Below are positions 40,599 through 55,610 of a DNA stretch of 64,000 nt, piece after piece (positions within the stretch are counted from its first letter, which is position 1; the number at the start of each line of letters is the position of its first letter). The DNA is from Lytechinus pictus (Eukaryota): positions 43,340,001-43,404,000 of the forward strand of contig NC_087251.1 of assembly GCF_037042905.1 (NCBI RefSeq). The letters are read 5' to 3'. Below the pieces are notes generated by a model. The model did not search any database and was not told where the DNA came from. It saw nothing but the letters and a program-made list of their open reading frames with translations. A program made the position numbers and the translations under genes.

Positions 40599-41625
40599 AA
40601 AACAATTATATGCATACCGTGAGAAGTATGCAAAAAAAAATATAAATAAAAAATAGGAAGCCGAATCACAACCAGTTACAATAAGGATCCACATGTTCAC
40701 AAAGGATTTAAACCATGTTTTCACTATAGGAGGAGAATATTTAATTATTTATGAAACAAAACAGTGGTTGTGTGACGTCACCTGTTCTGTAATTATTTTG
40801 CGTGTGGCCTGTTTTCTGCATATAACGGTTTTCGAGGAAAAGAGAAAAATTGAAAATAAGTCTTATTATGCGCCCGATTGATTTTGATGAGACTCTAACT
40901 CTTATTTTTGTTTTATTTCCATATTTATTGAAATCCATTTTTGGGATGGACTTAGTTTTTGATAATCACACAAATCACAACTTTACCCTTGGTACCTCCA
41001 ACTTCAAAATTTGGGGTTCGCAAATGTTTTAAAGAAAATTCAATGATACAATTTTATAGTATAGTCAATGCAGTTTGCAAATTGTAGACTACGATCCTAC
41101 TACGTGAAACAATTTTTCAAATATTCATATCATATATGCCTACTGGTAACCCTTCGATATGCATGATGGATTTTAATTCATTTATCATTCATTCCTTTTT
41201 TAGACCGTGATCTCCCTGCATCAGTAAACACAGCGATATAAGTTGTTCTATCCCCATGAGCATCCAAATCCTGTCATCATATACTGAGCTTGAGATGGGT
41301 TATTATTATTATTATATTTTCCTTCATGCGTTCATGCAATACGTCACGAAACCACACTTTCCGTCATTATGATGCACGCTAAAAAGTGCACCTGTTCAGT
41401 CTTTAAATGCAACACTGGAAGCTCATTGTTTGGCGCAACTTTGCTTTATGCACCTTTAACATGCTCAAAGGTGCGTTTAGCTCCAATTTGCACCCTTTTG
41501 GCTCACACCTTTGCGTTTTGGGTTTGCGTTAATTTTCAACGCAGACAATCGCAGCACAACGCAACGAAACGAGTTACCACGACGTCAATACGCGGATTAA
41601 CGCAGAAGCCTCGCGTTCCAGCTCA

Positions 41626-41845
41626 TACCTAGTTCCCACTCTCACGATCTGCGCCACGATTCAAACCGCGTACTTAATCGTGGAGTAGTCGTAGTGATCT
41701 TGTCGGATCGTATCAGATCAGATCAGTCGTGGCAATCGTATTGATCGTAGACAAATCTTGAATGGTTCAAAAAAAAAATCGCGATCAGTTACGAAAGGCC
41801 AATCGTGGCTTTCGTAAAGGATCGCATGAAAGTGGGGACGAGGTA
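41626..41845. mobile_element. 220-bp MITE nested in an older MITE (~41500-41892)
   Basis: Inner TIR TACCTAGTTCCCACTCTCACGATC / GATCGCATGAAAGTGGGGACGAGGTA; outer imperfect TIR CACCTTTGCGTT.. / ..AATGCAAAGGTA. Confidence 0.65.
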
Positions 41846-43071
41846 TAAGTGAGGACCGAGCGCAACCAAAATCTAATGCAAAGGTATATGGATATGTCAT
41901 CCCATCAGTCAGATAGGCGTAAGACTACAGAGTCATGCAATGGTAAAGCTATATGCTTTATAAAAGAATGAATATTTGTGTATTAAAAAACAGCATTACA
42001 AAATAGATAAATTATTCAGAAACGAAGCTCAGTGAGACATACAGTATAACTTTTAAATAAAGGAATCTTGTGGGGATTGCTCTTGATCTACCAAAATAGA
42101 AATTGGCAATGAATGATACCCTTTCTATAGATATTTCTTTTCATCTTAATTCTGTAGAGCTAGATGTGTATGCATGGAAAAATGTGTGACTCAAGCAAGA
42201 TTTGATATTTTGGATCTTGAATTTTTCATTTTCATTTGTTAGTATATGTCAGAGATGGCCATACCCTTACACTGGTGTTTCAAGATGTGGAGGATATAGT
42301 TCCAACATTAATATTTCTCTTCAATTTTAGCACTCTGGATATTTTAAACACATATTTGTAGTCCTATAGTTAGGAAAAACAATTGCTCAAATTGATTTGA
42401 ATGAAATTAATATAAAACTACTAAAAATCATTAGACCCATCTCCGCTGTTTATCCTCTATCAAAACACAAAATCAATAAAAACACTGAAATGAGTGCTCT
42501 CCCATTCGTAAGAAATTTCTTAGAAACCCAAAACCGTTATAAATATTAATGCGTCACTGACTCTTCAAACTGGCCATTGATCTGAGGAGATGATCAAAGG
42601 TTCCGACGCTCCCTCACTCACGGCAACACCACCTTCCGCACGATCGCAACACGATCAAAATAACCGTGAAAATCGATACCAAAATTGATATGGTCGTCTG
42701 CGTGAAATGGAATATTCACTTTTGCCATTGGGCATTATCATTATGTGTATGGCACATAAGGAACAAGATGAGCGAAACTTTGATAATTTTGTTATTCTTC
42801 AAATACAAATTCGAATTAATTACAAATAATTAAGGACGTATAGAGGTTACTCATTGTTCTTTAATGGTGAGAAGAAATTTATATTGTAACTAAATATTTG
42901 TGTTCATATCAGATGACTCTCTTCACGGACATCACTTTAACAACCAACTTTTTCTGCCAATGGCGATATTCATAACCTGTTGTTTCAGTCGTTAGGTATA
43001 TTTACACAACCTCATTGATCCAAAACTTTATGTGATCTCACGGGATTTTTAACTGTTGAAAACTAACAGAA

Positions 43072-43237
43072 CAGGAGGCCGTTTCATAAAGCTGTTCGTA
43101 AGTTAAGAACGACTGGTGATCCTTTCTTGCGCGCTAAATCATCGCCAATGGTGTGTATCATTTACAACAAGAAAGGATCACCAGTCGTTCTTAAAGTCGC
43201 TCTTAACTTACGAACAGCTTTATGAAACACCCGCCTG
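43072..43237. mobile_element. Hairpin MITE
   Basis: GTTTCATAAAGCTGTTCGTAAGTTAAGA...ACTGGTGATCCTTTCTTG inverted at the right end; the left arm lacks a 12-bp segment present on the right. Confidence 0.85.
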
Positions 43238-43408
43238 ATCTGAAAGTACACTCTCAGTCACACACACAAATATGTTAGGTTGGTTAACATTTGAACCTAA
43301 AAACGTCGGTTAAAATAATGTCCATGTCAAACGAAGGAGGATTTTTCTTAACCAACAGTTGGTAAGTTCTGTTAACCATGTACCCTTACCCCAAAAGCCC
43401 AACCCGGT

Positions 43409-43516
43409 AGGTACTTTATAACATCTGATAAAGGTGTAGAAATCCTTAATCCATATCAAATCAGGTACTTTATAACATTTGATAAGAGTGTAGAAATCCT
43501 TAATCCATATCCAGTC
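43409..43516. repeat. 54-bp tandem duplication
   Basis: AGGTACTTTATAACATYTGATAARRGTGTAGAAATCCTTAATCCATATC... x2. Confidence 0.9.
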
Positions 43517-46500
43517 ATCATGATCATCATTATTACTTCACTACCTCTTGTCGCTTTCAATTGATTATAGGACTGTAAATTGCTCTTTGCATTAATTTAT
43601 CTAATCTTGTGTATTTACATTAATATATAAAAGTGTATACGTGGTAATTTGTGAACGCTGTGTATAACGGCATATAAACCTATATCAACGAAAAAAGGGT
43701 CGAGAGAGATGCCTATTCTATCCTGATAAATTCTTCGTTTTGGGGTAAGAATCGTTTGTTCTAAATCACAGTAATTATCATGACAATTTGTTACTAAAGT
43801 TTCAATAAATACAAGCTTCATTCACTTACGTTTCTACGACTATTCAAAGACACCATCAACATTCCAAAAATAGGCATTTTCTGAAAATTCTATTCAGAAG
43901 AGAGTCAGAACAATAGGAAATGATAGAGGGTATTTCAAAGAAGTCGTCACTGAAAAGGACATGAAGACGACTGCTTCGCGTGCGCGCGGAAATCTATGTT
44001 TACAGCTGTCATCTGACATTACATAGCCACTCAATGAAGACGCGAATCATGTGACACACTATTACATTGTTATTAGAAATGAAAGGGGGGGAAAGTGCAT
44101 GTTTATTGCATTGGTTGGGTCGGAAGTGCTCTTCAAGTGATCGATACCTTATACACCCAGGAGTGACGTAGGCATTTGACCTCGGAGACGTCAAGGTCAA
44201 AACCACTTCACTCAGCAGACATGTCGAGCCCCAATCCCGTTCAAGTTCATTTTCGACTCCTCCAGGATGATAAATTCATATTTGCGTTCCTCCCCGCTTC
44301 ATGGCCAATCGAAATGAATCTCAAATGCTTACACTGTGTTCATCCCGTAAGAGTTACATAGCACCTGGTGTATTGATTGTGAAAGGACATGGGGTAATTG
44401 CCCCCCCCCCCCCACCCCCGCTCCCGAAAGGTTCAACGGCCGACGGAAAGAAGAAAATGAAAAGGAAAGGTAACAATATGAAATTATTTTAGCGATATTC
44501 AAAGATGATGAGATTTTCATTTCACATAGATCAAATAATTTGCTCGCTCGCTTATCTCGCTCACGACTATCGACCCATTACGTCGTTGTTACAGAGTAAG
44601 CCTCTCTGAATATGTCGTAAATCGTTTTATGTGATGAGAAACAGTAATGTTATTTACATTATCTAAATTGTACATGAAGTTGTTGCTATTCAAAATGTTC
44701 AATATCAAGTTCTTCATATCATCATGGCCTTGCGAAAATGGGATAATTGATAGCTTTGATCAAGGTTAGTATGACCATCGAACTTTTCACCATAGGTTGA
44801 ATATCGATTGAATCATTGAAGATTAATTGGCTAGAACGAATTCACAATGACAAGGAATCTAATTGAAACGGCACCCTTTCAATAAAAGTGTGATGCGAGG
44901 AACTATTCAAAGGTTATGTTAATGTCGGTCCACATCTCAACAAAAGAATTACCACCCCCCCCCCCAAAAAAAAAATGCTTAGATTGCTACAAAGTAAGTT
45001 CCTCCCTGGTAGAATCATAATGGTATCATAATGGTATGAAATATTTTTGTTATTATTATCAATCATCACTATTATTACAGCCGGCATAATCTACAAATGA
45101 AAATAAAAGAAATAAGTAGAGGAAATATTATTCGAACAAGTGCACATCACACCATTGCCCGCTCTATTTATATTTAAAAGAAAGCAACGATATTCGAACA
45201 GAGGTATTTCTTTATTCGAATAGTTAGTCGACACATTTAGTTTACATCGATTAAAAAATCCAAAATTCCCTTCGTCAGACTGTATACCTACGCTAACATC
45301 ACATCTACTGAAGATAAACGGTTGTTTTATATATACGGGCAATTTGATAATGCATAGGCCTTCTGGGCATATCATGTGTTTACATATATCATGATAAAGC
45401 GTTGTCATCCAGGAAATGGTATTTTTATACTCTTAAAAGGGATTGCTCAAAGTATCTGTCGTTGAATAATTGCCGATAAAAATGATGAATATAAAAAAAA
45501 TACCGATAAATGGGTTGATTTTGACAATTTTTGTCGGTCGGACAAATATTCACCAACTATTGTAGTTCATCGTCAGGCCTGGGTCCTTCCTCAACCTAAA
45601 ACAACATTCGGATTTTTATAATCACTTCACACATGCAAGCTCCAGACGACGTTACATGGTGACAATATTATCGAAGTTACCTGTAACATTTCTCTTATTT
45701 TTTCGGGGGGGGGGGTATGAATGCATCGCGACACCCGATAACTTACTGTGTCAAGTCTGTCATCTTTGTTGAATTGCTAAGTGCTCCTTTATTTTTACAA
45801 TCTTCAGATTTGTTTGTTTGCCACTGCCATAGAACATCGGTGCATAGCGGATAATATTATGTGTTTCAGAGAATGAAAATATTGTGATTTGAAATGGGAA
45901 GCTTTTTGTAGCTTTCCTTGAGCAAAAAAGAAAAAAAAAGAGAGCACTTTAGCATGTTTCGGAATACACCATTTCGTAAACCGGAGTGAGATCTTGAGAA
46001 ACAAATATCAGTAGCTTAATTCGATAGCCTTATACGGAGATAGTTGTGGCTTTTCTCTGTCCACTGAGTAAACTAAAATATAATATCAATATCTTAAGAT
46101 ATCAGGCTCCACCAAGTAGAATTCAACTTAAATAGTTTGATTGTATTTTAATTAAAATGACAGGGAAACAAATATTTAAATCGTCAGCAAGCACTACGGG
46201 TCATAAATCGATAAAATGGCTATTTCCGAAGCTTCCGTCCGGTCCCGAAATGCATCGAAGCCGGTTAGTACCATTCTATCACGTACCAGGGAGAAATGTA
46301 TGTTTGTCTTCGAATATACGTAATGCTATCAGCTAATTTTAGGTTGCGGGGTATACTGTGTATACTGTGTTTGGACTGGGCTAGAATCACAACAATATTG
46401 ATAGCATACTAGTAAGCAATTAATATGTTTTAAACATCTCAAGAGGCTTTTTAATAGATGCTAAACAATTCGTCTTGAGTCCACGACTAAACGGTTATCT

Positions 46501-49500
46501 TCCCCCTTGTGATTGCATCCGTCGACACCTGGGTGGAGAGTGGCAAATATTGGTATGTGTCTTTGACAACAAAAAAAGGAAATTAGCGGCAAAGGTTGAG
46601 TCTCCAACCCTTCACGTTGGAGTCAATCGAATCTTCATTAAAGTTTTGGGAGGAATTAATCTCCACCGACCAAAATCAATTTATATCAAATTCATATAGT
46701 TTCGAAATATTTCATTTATCTCTTAAAAATATACACATTGTATTTTTTTCAAAGCATGCAGACAAAGGCCTCTTGTATTGCATAGTCCTGTTTGCTTCCT
46801 TAACGTGTTAATATGACTATCTTCTCGGCTCCTTGATGAGATGAGTGAACAGTTTGAAATGATATATATCTGCCGTAAGACAAGGAATATTTATGAGAAT
46901 GACCTCTAAGTTTGCTTGTAACACTACTCAGTTCGATGTTGGCTAGTCAGTCATATTACAATGCTGGGAAAGTCACGTATAGCCTGCACGGAGGAGGAAG
47001 ACGCGATGAAGTAGGGCACAGAAATAGACTTAAAGGAATTTTGTATGCCGATAAATGTTACATATTCATAAAACACTCTATCACCTAGAATTGAATTTGT
47101 AACATTTATTATATTTGAAAGAGTTGCTTATTGATAATGATTAAATAATTCATATAAAGAGGTATGTAGGTTTTGATGTCCATAATGAAATCAATAAAAT
47201 ACAAGTATTTTTTTTTTCCCCAGGTATGTGGATGGCATGCAGGTAATAGTCAAATTAACGTCAATCATTTATAGGTTTGCATTGTCCAAGCGTTAAAGTT
47301 GAATGTTGTTGTTTTTATTCTCTTCCTCTACTCTCTACCTTTTTCTGTCTAGCATCTTTCCCCTTCTTCTCTCAAATATTTTTCTTTTGTTTCGTTTCAG
47401 AAAATATCTGCGATCTTCTTTGTCTAAACAATTTGCAGATATTGCAATGCCCCTGCAGAGAGCCAGACGCATCATTTCTTCTAATCATGCTAATCTTCTG
47501 GGGGAACGTTTCATGAAAAGTTTTATCAGCTATTTTCGCAGCAAATCCGTGCATCTGATTGGCTGAGAGCAAAGTAGTCAGAACTTTTCATGAAACGCTC
47601 ACCTCTATATAACACTGTTCCTGGGCTTGATTCATGTATCCCGCAGATCAGAGCACGATAGTATAGGGCGAGTGGAAATGAGGATGACGTCACTAGTGTA
47701 TACTCGTCAGCAATCACAGAGTCGAGTTTGTTTATAAACACAGCCACCCAAGGAAGCTTTGTTAAGCATCTCTGTTGAATATCCTGCAAACGGAACAAGG
47801 ATTGGAGCCTGTGTCTTCAAATTTACTGACGAATGGTTAAGGTCAACAAGTGCTGGAGTGTTGTATCCTTTTATAAAGAAAGTTCATAGTTTCGTATTAT
47901 GAGATATTTTGTAATGGAACGGTATGGGAAGTGAAAACAAAATGTGAAAGACTTCGGATTCCATAAGAGACGACTATAACAGATTGCAACATCAAATTAT
48001 TCACTCGCTGATTCAGATTTTGGCACAAGCGTTTGCACTAAGGGTGCCTTCACATCGGAGGTCCTAAATTAAATACAGTGGGTAACAAAAGATAATATGT
48101 CATCATGGTCATACAACAGAACAAAAACTAACATGGAATTATGAAACACGAAAAAACGAATTATGGGCTGAAATATTTTTTTTTCGCAATGTCCATACTC
48201 ATCATGCTCATCCAATTATAGACCCAGATGTTTGTGAAATTAAATCTAATGGATATGAAGTTGCAAAAATAGGTTGCGTGTATTATTTAAGAGTCAGGGT
48301 GGACAAAAAGAGAAACCCAACTTCTATATATTTATTGAAACGGATACCTCACTCTAATTCCAGAGAATTGTTGACGCTTATTCCGTTCCCTGATATATAT
48401 ATATTATTTTTCTGGAACGAGAGAGCTGTCATCCCTTTGACCGACCTGATGCCGACCCTAAACATGTTCCCCTCGCTTCACCAAATTTCTGGGATGAATG
48501 GGTCTGCCGCTTCCTCATAAAAATCAATTTTCATATCTTCCTTCTCGAGTTTTCCCTATAAAATTGGGTCTTTTTAGCTTGACCGGGCCGCTATCCTGTA
48601 ATAAACTTGTCAAGACAACTCGCAACAGCTGGCCAGGCTCTATCTCTCCGGGTCTTTGCGGTCAAAACATTTTATATCAAGAAGCGATGAAGTCATTACT
48701 TCATAACAAATTCAATTTATTTGGGATAAAAAGCTTCGCGGATCGCCAGGCTCATTAAAAAAATATTTTGATGCGGAGATTTGGATGGAAAAATATAAAC
48801 GATTCTATACTGAGGATTTTCGTGAAAGAATTTATATTTTAAAGTGAAAAGAAATGAAGTATTTAGAGAGGAAATATTTCAAAAAGTAGTACAGTGGCTT
48901 GTTTCCGTCATACTTATGTTAATATATTTGAACCCTTTGGTTTAAACCTAGTTTCGGTGGGATTTCTGATTCAAACATGACAAGGAATGCCAAGGCTGCC
49001 CCAATATTGCCCTGATCTGAATGTATGTTTTAGTGTTGTATAGTATACCGACTTATCGGTACACAAATGCTCAAAATAATTCAATTTACCATTGATCCAA
49101 GTAGTGTCATTCAAAAATATGTTTTTTTATAAATACAAAATATGTAAGTTTAATTTTGTTGTACCTTGTTTTAAAACAAAGATTTGGAGCAAGGAGTTAC
49201 GAGACGGTAACTCCTTGGTCAGAGCATGGACCTATTATAGGTCCATGGTCAGAGCGATGAAATACAGTACATTATTATATGCTTGCCATCTAGGAAGTAA
49301 GTGTTTTCCTTTGTTGAAAATTTTAAAGTGGCATTGAGCTAGAGGTATAATACCTTTCATCAGACAATATATCATTTTAGTGAATTCTGGCTACAAAAAA
49401 ATGATGTTCTGATGTTTATTCGATCTCTATTAAATATAGGAATGTCTGGAATAACAGAATCATGACTCTTGTCAAATGTTGTAGTATAATATCTAGTGAT

Positions 49501-52139
49501 GAAAGGATTAAAGGAAATACTACATAACCGCAGTGAGTGTGTATACAAAAAATAATGACAAAATGTTGCACCCTGGGGAAAGATGGAGGGTCCGTCCCAG
49601 GATGTTTATTTAAGATTAGCAAGGTTAGTCTCGAGATGGCGTTGTTCAAATAGGCTGTTGCATAGTGGCTTTAAGTGCATTCTTCGGCTGCATGGTTTAC
49701 AGACGTATCGAAAAGTTATCAGACAGTACTTTGATAATTACCGATCAAGAACAGAGAAAAGGGGAACAAAGGGCGCCTAACACTATACAAAAATCGGTTA
49801 GAAACGCCAAGGAGCTTGGAAGCTCCTTGGAAACGCAGACGACACAGTACCGACATCACAGGGCATTTGATACAAAGGACGATTCTTTCTTGAAGGAGTT
49901 CTGGAGGTTGAACTGTCCCAAACAGCAACCCTCTTGGGTCAAGCCTACAAAACACCAATCACGATTCCTGTCCACATAAATCAAGACGAGGTGGCTGAGA
50001 AAAATGCCGTAATCTCAAATGATTTACCGCTCATTTTCACCCAATGACGAATTACAGACGTTGATGCTACTCAGGCGAAAGACTGTTCTTAAATCATGGT
50101 AATGTACACCCCCCCCCCCAAATGGTTCAGATTAACATCAAAATGTGAAATTTACATCAATTAATGTTTGTACTTGAATTTGAGGTTTGCGGGATTAACT
50201 GTTTTCTCATAAATTCTATTTTAAAAAAGAATAAGGATATGAGGTTTAATATACCACAGAACATTGAAGAAAGAAGACCCCCCCCCCCTTTAGCTCTTGA
50301 TTTATCAACACGACCAAGGGATGAAACTATCTATTCATTCATTCATTCATTCATATAAACATTTATTTTCTTCCATCTTCACAAAATATCATTGCTGGCT
50401 GAAAAACGAATAATTTTATAATAATTCGTTTGAAAAAATCATTTAAAAAACCTTATCATTTCATATTGAACATTCACAGAGGAATATATGACAGGCATCG
50501 GTGGAAGCATGGATGGTGGAAGGAACAAATTTGCAGGAGAGGGGGGGGGGGGTCGTGGCCTGAAAGTTCGCGACCCTGATAATCGTCTGGTGTACGCCGA
50601 ACTAAAACTTGATTTGCTTTTTTTTTCACCTCCAGATAAAGGACGCGTGCAATGGGTCACTGTAAACACAACTTGACAGGACCCAAGCTTGCTCAATATC
50701 TTTTCGATATTATGTTCTTTTCACCGTTCCCCAAGACAAGGGCAACTTCAAATGCAATGTCACTGAAGACATTTGACATTTTCCTGTCGCACGGAGTCGC
50801 GAAAATAAAAAAAACATCGCATCCTTCAAAATGTTCACAATCCATTTTAGGGAAATCTGACAACAAAATAGCTCTTTTCTCCAGGGAAAGGGATTTGCAG
50901 AGTATATTAATAACGGTCCCTGAGACGGGCTGCTGGGGAAAGGGGAAGTTTTGCAATTCCAAAGTCTCATTTTTCCTCCCAGAACAGTTGTGTCCGATAT
51001 TTTACGCATATGACAGTCTGATGTCAAATAGCCCAGCTGGGTGCATGTACATTGTGAAGTACGTCATGTCAGACCTTCAGACCTTCAAAATATCCAGACA
51101 TCTTTCGCCCCATTTGAAAACAAATCTTGCTTTAATTAATATACATTTCTTTTGATCAATAGGCCTTCCCTTTTGCTTCTCTACTCAGGAAATACCTTTT
51201 TTTTTTTGCTTTCAAGTAGTTGAAATGGAAGGAAATTCACAGGAAATAATTGAGCAAAAAAGAAAAATCATAAATAATTATCAACGAGTTTACACGCCAC
51301 AATGGCAGGTAAAATGATATTGATGTTCCTCATATCTTGGACTATTACATTTATATTACATAAAAGTGCACTGCAAATATCGTTCGTTTGGTTTAGACAT
51401 TCTCGTTTTTATTCTTGCTGAATTGTTACATTTTTTCAACTATTCAAACACAGTAATCTGTTGTTTTTTAGAACAGGTACACGACATTGTTGCTGATTAC
51501 GATTGAGGTTGAACTCGAGTTTGCTGTCTGATCTTTTTCCCCTCGATGCTGAAAACATTGTCGTTAATGTCTTGAGGGGATAGATCAAAACGCCATGAAG
51601 AGTTCCGAAGCGGAGAATGATTTATGCTTATATACAAACTCTGTTTTCCTCTCCTCTCAAGTAGTTAACCCTTTCGACACCGCAAGGTCGTTCTTCTCAC
51701 TCAGAGATCAAACGGTCAACTATCAAAGTATGTATCTTGTCTTCATAACGTTATTGTTATGCTCGTCCGAATCATTTACGACGCCTCTCCTAGTGCGCAG
51801 TTATAAAGCTTCATGTAATCATATACTGACCTTAATGCCCGTCACACCAACGAAACAAACTCCAAACAGAGCGATGATATGCCATTTGACATAATGTAAT
51901 AGCTTTGATCGATTCGGGGTTGGATTGGTTGTTGCGACTGTATCGGTAGCTATTTTTAAAGGGTGACCAAAATGTAGAACATCGTAGTTTGAAATATAGC
52001 TTAATTAATTTTGTTGCAGTTTTGTAAATAAAACACCATCTACTTGTAGCTTATACATGTAGAACGATGGCTTAAAAGTTCGACTGAATCGCTACGTTAT
52101 GCTATCAGTTTTTAGATACCTCATCCAGCCTGCTAGCGA

Positions 52140-52368
52140 AGTAAAAAAAAGGTTACCCAATATTAGGTAAAATGGGAACATGCGTGTTAGTTGGGTAAAA
52201 AGATACAAAACATTTTGTAAACATTACGCAATGTTGCGTTGAAATTTACGCTCAAAACATGCATTTAGCCCAATATGGGATAACAATAAAATACCCAGCA
52301 AACATGCATGCATGTTCCCTTTCTACCCAATAATATCGGGTAAAATTTTACTCAGTGTTTTTAGAGTG
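52140..52368. mobile_element. Degenerate CAC-terminus MITE
   Basis: Inverted arms (GGTAAAATGGGAACATGC / GCATGTTCCCTTTCTACC); right end TTTTTAGAGTG. Confidence 0.55.
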
Positions 52369-55024
52369 AATTCTAAAAGTGTGTATTAATTGGAATATTT
52401 TGTTATCAATTGATGCATCATGCATTCTAAAATTTTATTGCATTCTAAAATTTTAATGCCCCTTTCTCTCTTAAAAAAAATATTTACAAGATTACTTGCT
52501 TAAATCTCTTGTCATTAAATGCTTATGAAATTGTTCCCAACATTTCCCCCTTTTCAGTCATTTTAGGGCTGATTGTATAGATTTCAATAAATGCATCAGA
52601 TTTCAGATCACCTTTTCACTCAATATGTGAATTACGATCCAATTTTCAATATTATCTCACATTGTATCCAAATATTGAAAAGAAGTTGACATTCAATGGC
52701 AGATTTATCAGATCTAGACACGGGCATGAAGAAGTGTAACATCTTAATCCTTTGTGTCAGAGTTTTAAGTATTATGATATTTTGCATGCAACCGCTTCAA
52801 CGTTCCAAGCATTTACAAAAAGAGGTGCAATCATTTTGGTTCCGCACAGTTTACCTACACATTCTGATGTATGCTTTCTCGGCATTTAAAAAATATATTT
52901 TGGGCTTTTAATATAATTACTATTGTCAGCACACTTTCGTTTTCGCGTTTGATGCATGTTTTCTCGCTGTTTACATTGTAAAATATGTATTTGGGGCTGT
53001 CAAATTTCGGTCAAACTTTCGCGGGACATGTCGGGTGGACTTATGTCATTCCATGTCTCTTGGTATAAAGGCCCTTCGCGTTTCTGAAATAGCCCGTAGG
53101 CTTTGGGACTTTTGTTTCAGAGAAGACTCGACCACAACCTTATAGTGTTTCACTGGCGACTTCGGGGAGAGCGAAGATGATGAGGCGAGACGACATCGTG
53201 GGTTAGTAGGTCAGTCATTTTGAATGATATTAGGGTAAGGGTCACTTCCTTAGGAAAAGGGAAGATGCTGTGATAGGATCGAATATAAACTAGAACCCTA
53301 AACTCGTGGATACAAATAAAACACTTGAAATTTATATGGAATAAAAACCCAAACTCCTCAACCCCACTATTTAAAGAACTGCATTTTGGAAATTTTCATA
53401 TGGGTTTTATTATTTTTTTTCTACACATTAACTAACAATCATATCTAATTCCAATCACATGTACCTTATCAAAGTCTCTATATATAATAATGTCATTCTA
53501 AACCCATACCAACATTGAATGAATAAGTTCATATATATATATATATTTGAATGAATGTATAAATCAATACATAAATAGATGAATGACTGAAAGTATTGTC
53601 TACGAAATGGTATGGGCCCTAAGACCTACATTAATTCATATTCTATAACTATTTTTCTTAAAGCCAGGATATTGTTTCGATGGGATTTTCAGTTTGAATC
53701 TATCCCTCATCTTGAATTGACTCCCAGGGATATCGACTCTCATGTTAAACGCTTTGACCCCGTAATAATGACGTCATGCTGTTCAGAGATAGACCAAGGA
53801 CTTTAAGAGAAGGGATGTCTATAACAGACGGGATGTGAATGGAAGCTTTAAAATCTTTATAAAAAAAAATATAATAAAAAAGCGCTAGTAACTGAACACC
53901 CAGCAAAGAAGTTATTAATTTGTTTATATTTTACATTCGGAATCATTCATTCTTTTTCGTCAAAGTTTAAATCTTGTCTTGAATCAGTGAACTTTATTTC
54001 GAGAAGTAGACCCAGCTCTCCCTGTTTCGCCGAGAGGGGCGCGCTACTTGCCGACATTTTCGATCATTCACCGCGTCCAAGTCATTTTCTTTTACAGTAA
54101 CGACCGCTTGTTTGTTTTTCGTATTTAATACCCTGCTGCGATAACTGATGGGTTTTCAGAAATGCGGTTGAATTCGGGTTCAGAAACTTCTTTCTTTCAA
54201 AAAGTATCCTAAAAAAAAAACTTTTCAGAAAGACGGCATCGTTTGATGTTGCGAACAGTATGCAAAACCTCTTTTTGAGATTCATATCTGCAGATAATAC
54301 TCCTAGCGCTCATAACCAAATCCCTATATTCTTTCGCCAACAGGATTATAGAATGATATTTTCATAAATATGAGAGATTAATCACAGTGTCGAATAATTC
54401 AACAGATATAATAGTTTTGTATCATCAACCCGATACACGACTCCAGTCAATGTAAGAAATTGTAATTTTCAGTCTGCTCTTTATGTTTAGGAATTTGGAG
54501 TTAGTAATTTATATACTCATATTTTTTACACCGTAACGTAGAATTGTCTTTACTTTTTGCCTTTTTATTATCAGTTTGTAAAACGTGCGATGTATAATCC
54601 CAAACATGCACAATTAGTATGACTCCTTTTAGAAAGTGACCATCTTAATTAATGAACATTCATTGTTATTTGGTGAAAATGAAAACGATCATCTTCATCT
54701 ACATGTACAATATGAAAGAGAGTGTTCTTCTGAAGAAAATAAAATGAATAAAGGGAAGCAGTGTATTTTCAATAAACTTCCTGGTCCATGTCAGGTATAA
54801 ACAATTAATTGCCCCCCCCAAAAAAAAAATGTAATGGCAAAACTAAGCCCCATATTTCTATCAATTTCATACCCCCATCTCTCTCTAAATCCCCCTCCCT
54901 CCCCCCCCAAAAAAAAAAAAGTAATTGAAAGTTATCATGGAGAGTAAACGTGTAAAAACAAGCTCTTTCTCCTTTCAAAGCAAGCCATATAGACCATTCG
55001 GAAATCACTAAAAAAATATATATA

Positions 55025-55251
55025 CAGTTGTGCTCAAAAGTTAACGAACCCCACCATAAAATGCATTCGTTCATGCTGAATGTTGAACGTAGACAACATC
55101 ACAGTGTTCGGCAAACCCAGAGAAACAAACTTTATTGAATGTAATATTTTATCACCTGACTTGGCAATTAAATACCTAAAACATGGCAGAACTTGAACAC
55201 TTTAAATGTATTCATTTTCTGGTGAGGTTCACTAAATTTCGAGCACTGCTG
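55025..55251. mobile_element. Tc1/mariner-like MITE
   Basis: TA|CAGTTGTGCTCAAAAGTTAACGAACCCCACC ... GGTGAGGTTCACTAAATTTCGAGCACTGCTG|TA. Confidence 0.75.
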
Positions 55252-55375
55252 TATCTTGAATGAAATTATATATGAGAATGATGAATCAAAATTTACTTTA
55301 CTTAGTTACTTAGAACACTTCAGGGACACTCTGTATAGTATTTTACAGTTACAGTAATTACAGGCTATTCCTTAA

Positions 55376-55610
55376 ATTCCGGTGTTGATTTAACACCAGC
55401 CCGGAATCTATATATGTCCACATCGGAGAAGTGTTAAACAACACCGGTTTTGGTATTAGTCTAACACCAGATAGGTGTTTATACAACACCAATTAGTTTT
55501 AAAACAGCATCGGTTTGTTTCCAAAATGGTGTCGTTTCAATACTTCTCTGGTGTGGACAAATATATAGATTCCGGGCTGGTGTTAAATCAACACCGGAGT
55601 TTTTGCAGTG
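55376..55610. mobile_element. CACTG-terminus (CACTA/EnSpm-like) MITE, left end damaged
   Basis: Long TIR (TCCGGTGTTGATTTAACACCAGCCCGGAATCTATAT); closely similar to 62858-63097 in the opposite orientation. Confidence 0.8.

Noticed and set aside
53020..53210. TATA box (GTATAAAG) plus short first exon
   Set aside because: Probably a chance motif; the minus strand shows PTNPRCR and TWNDISP CCP ends.
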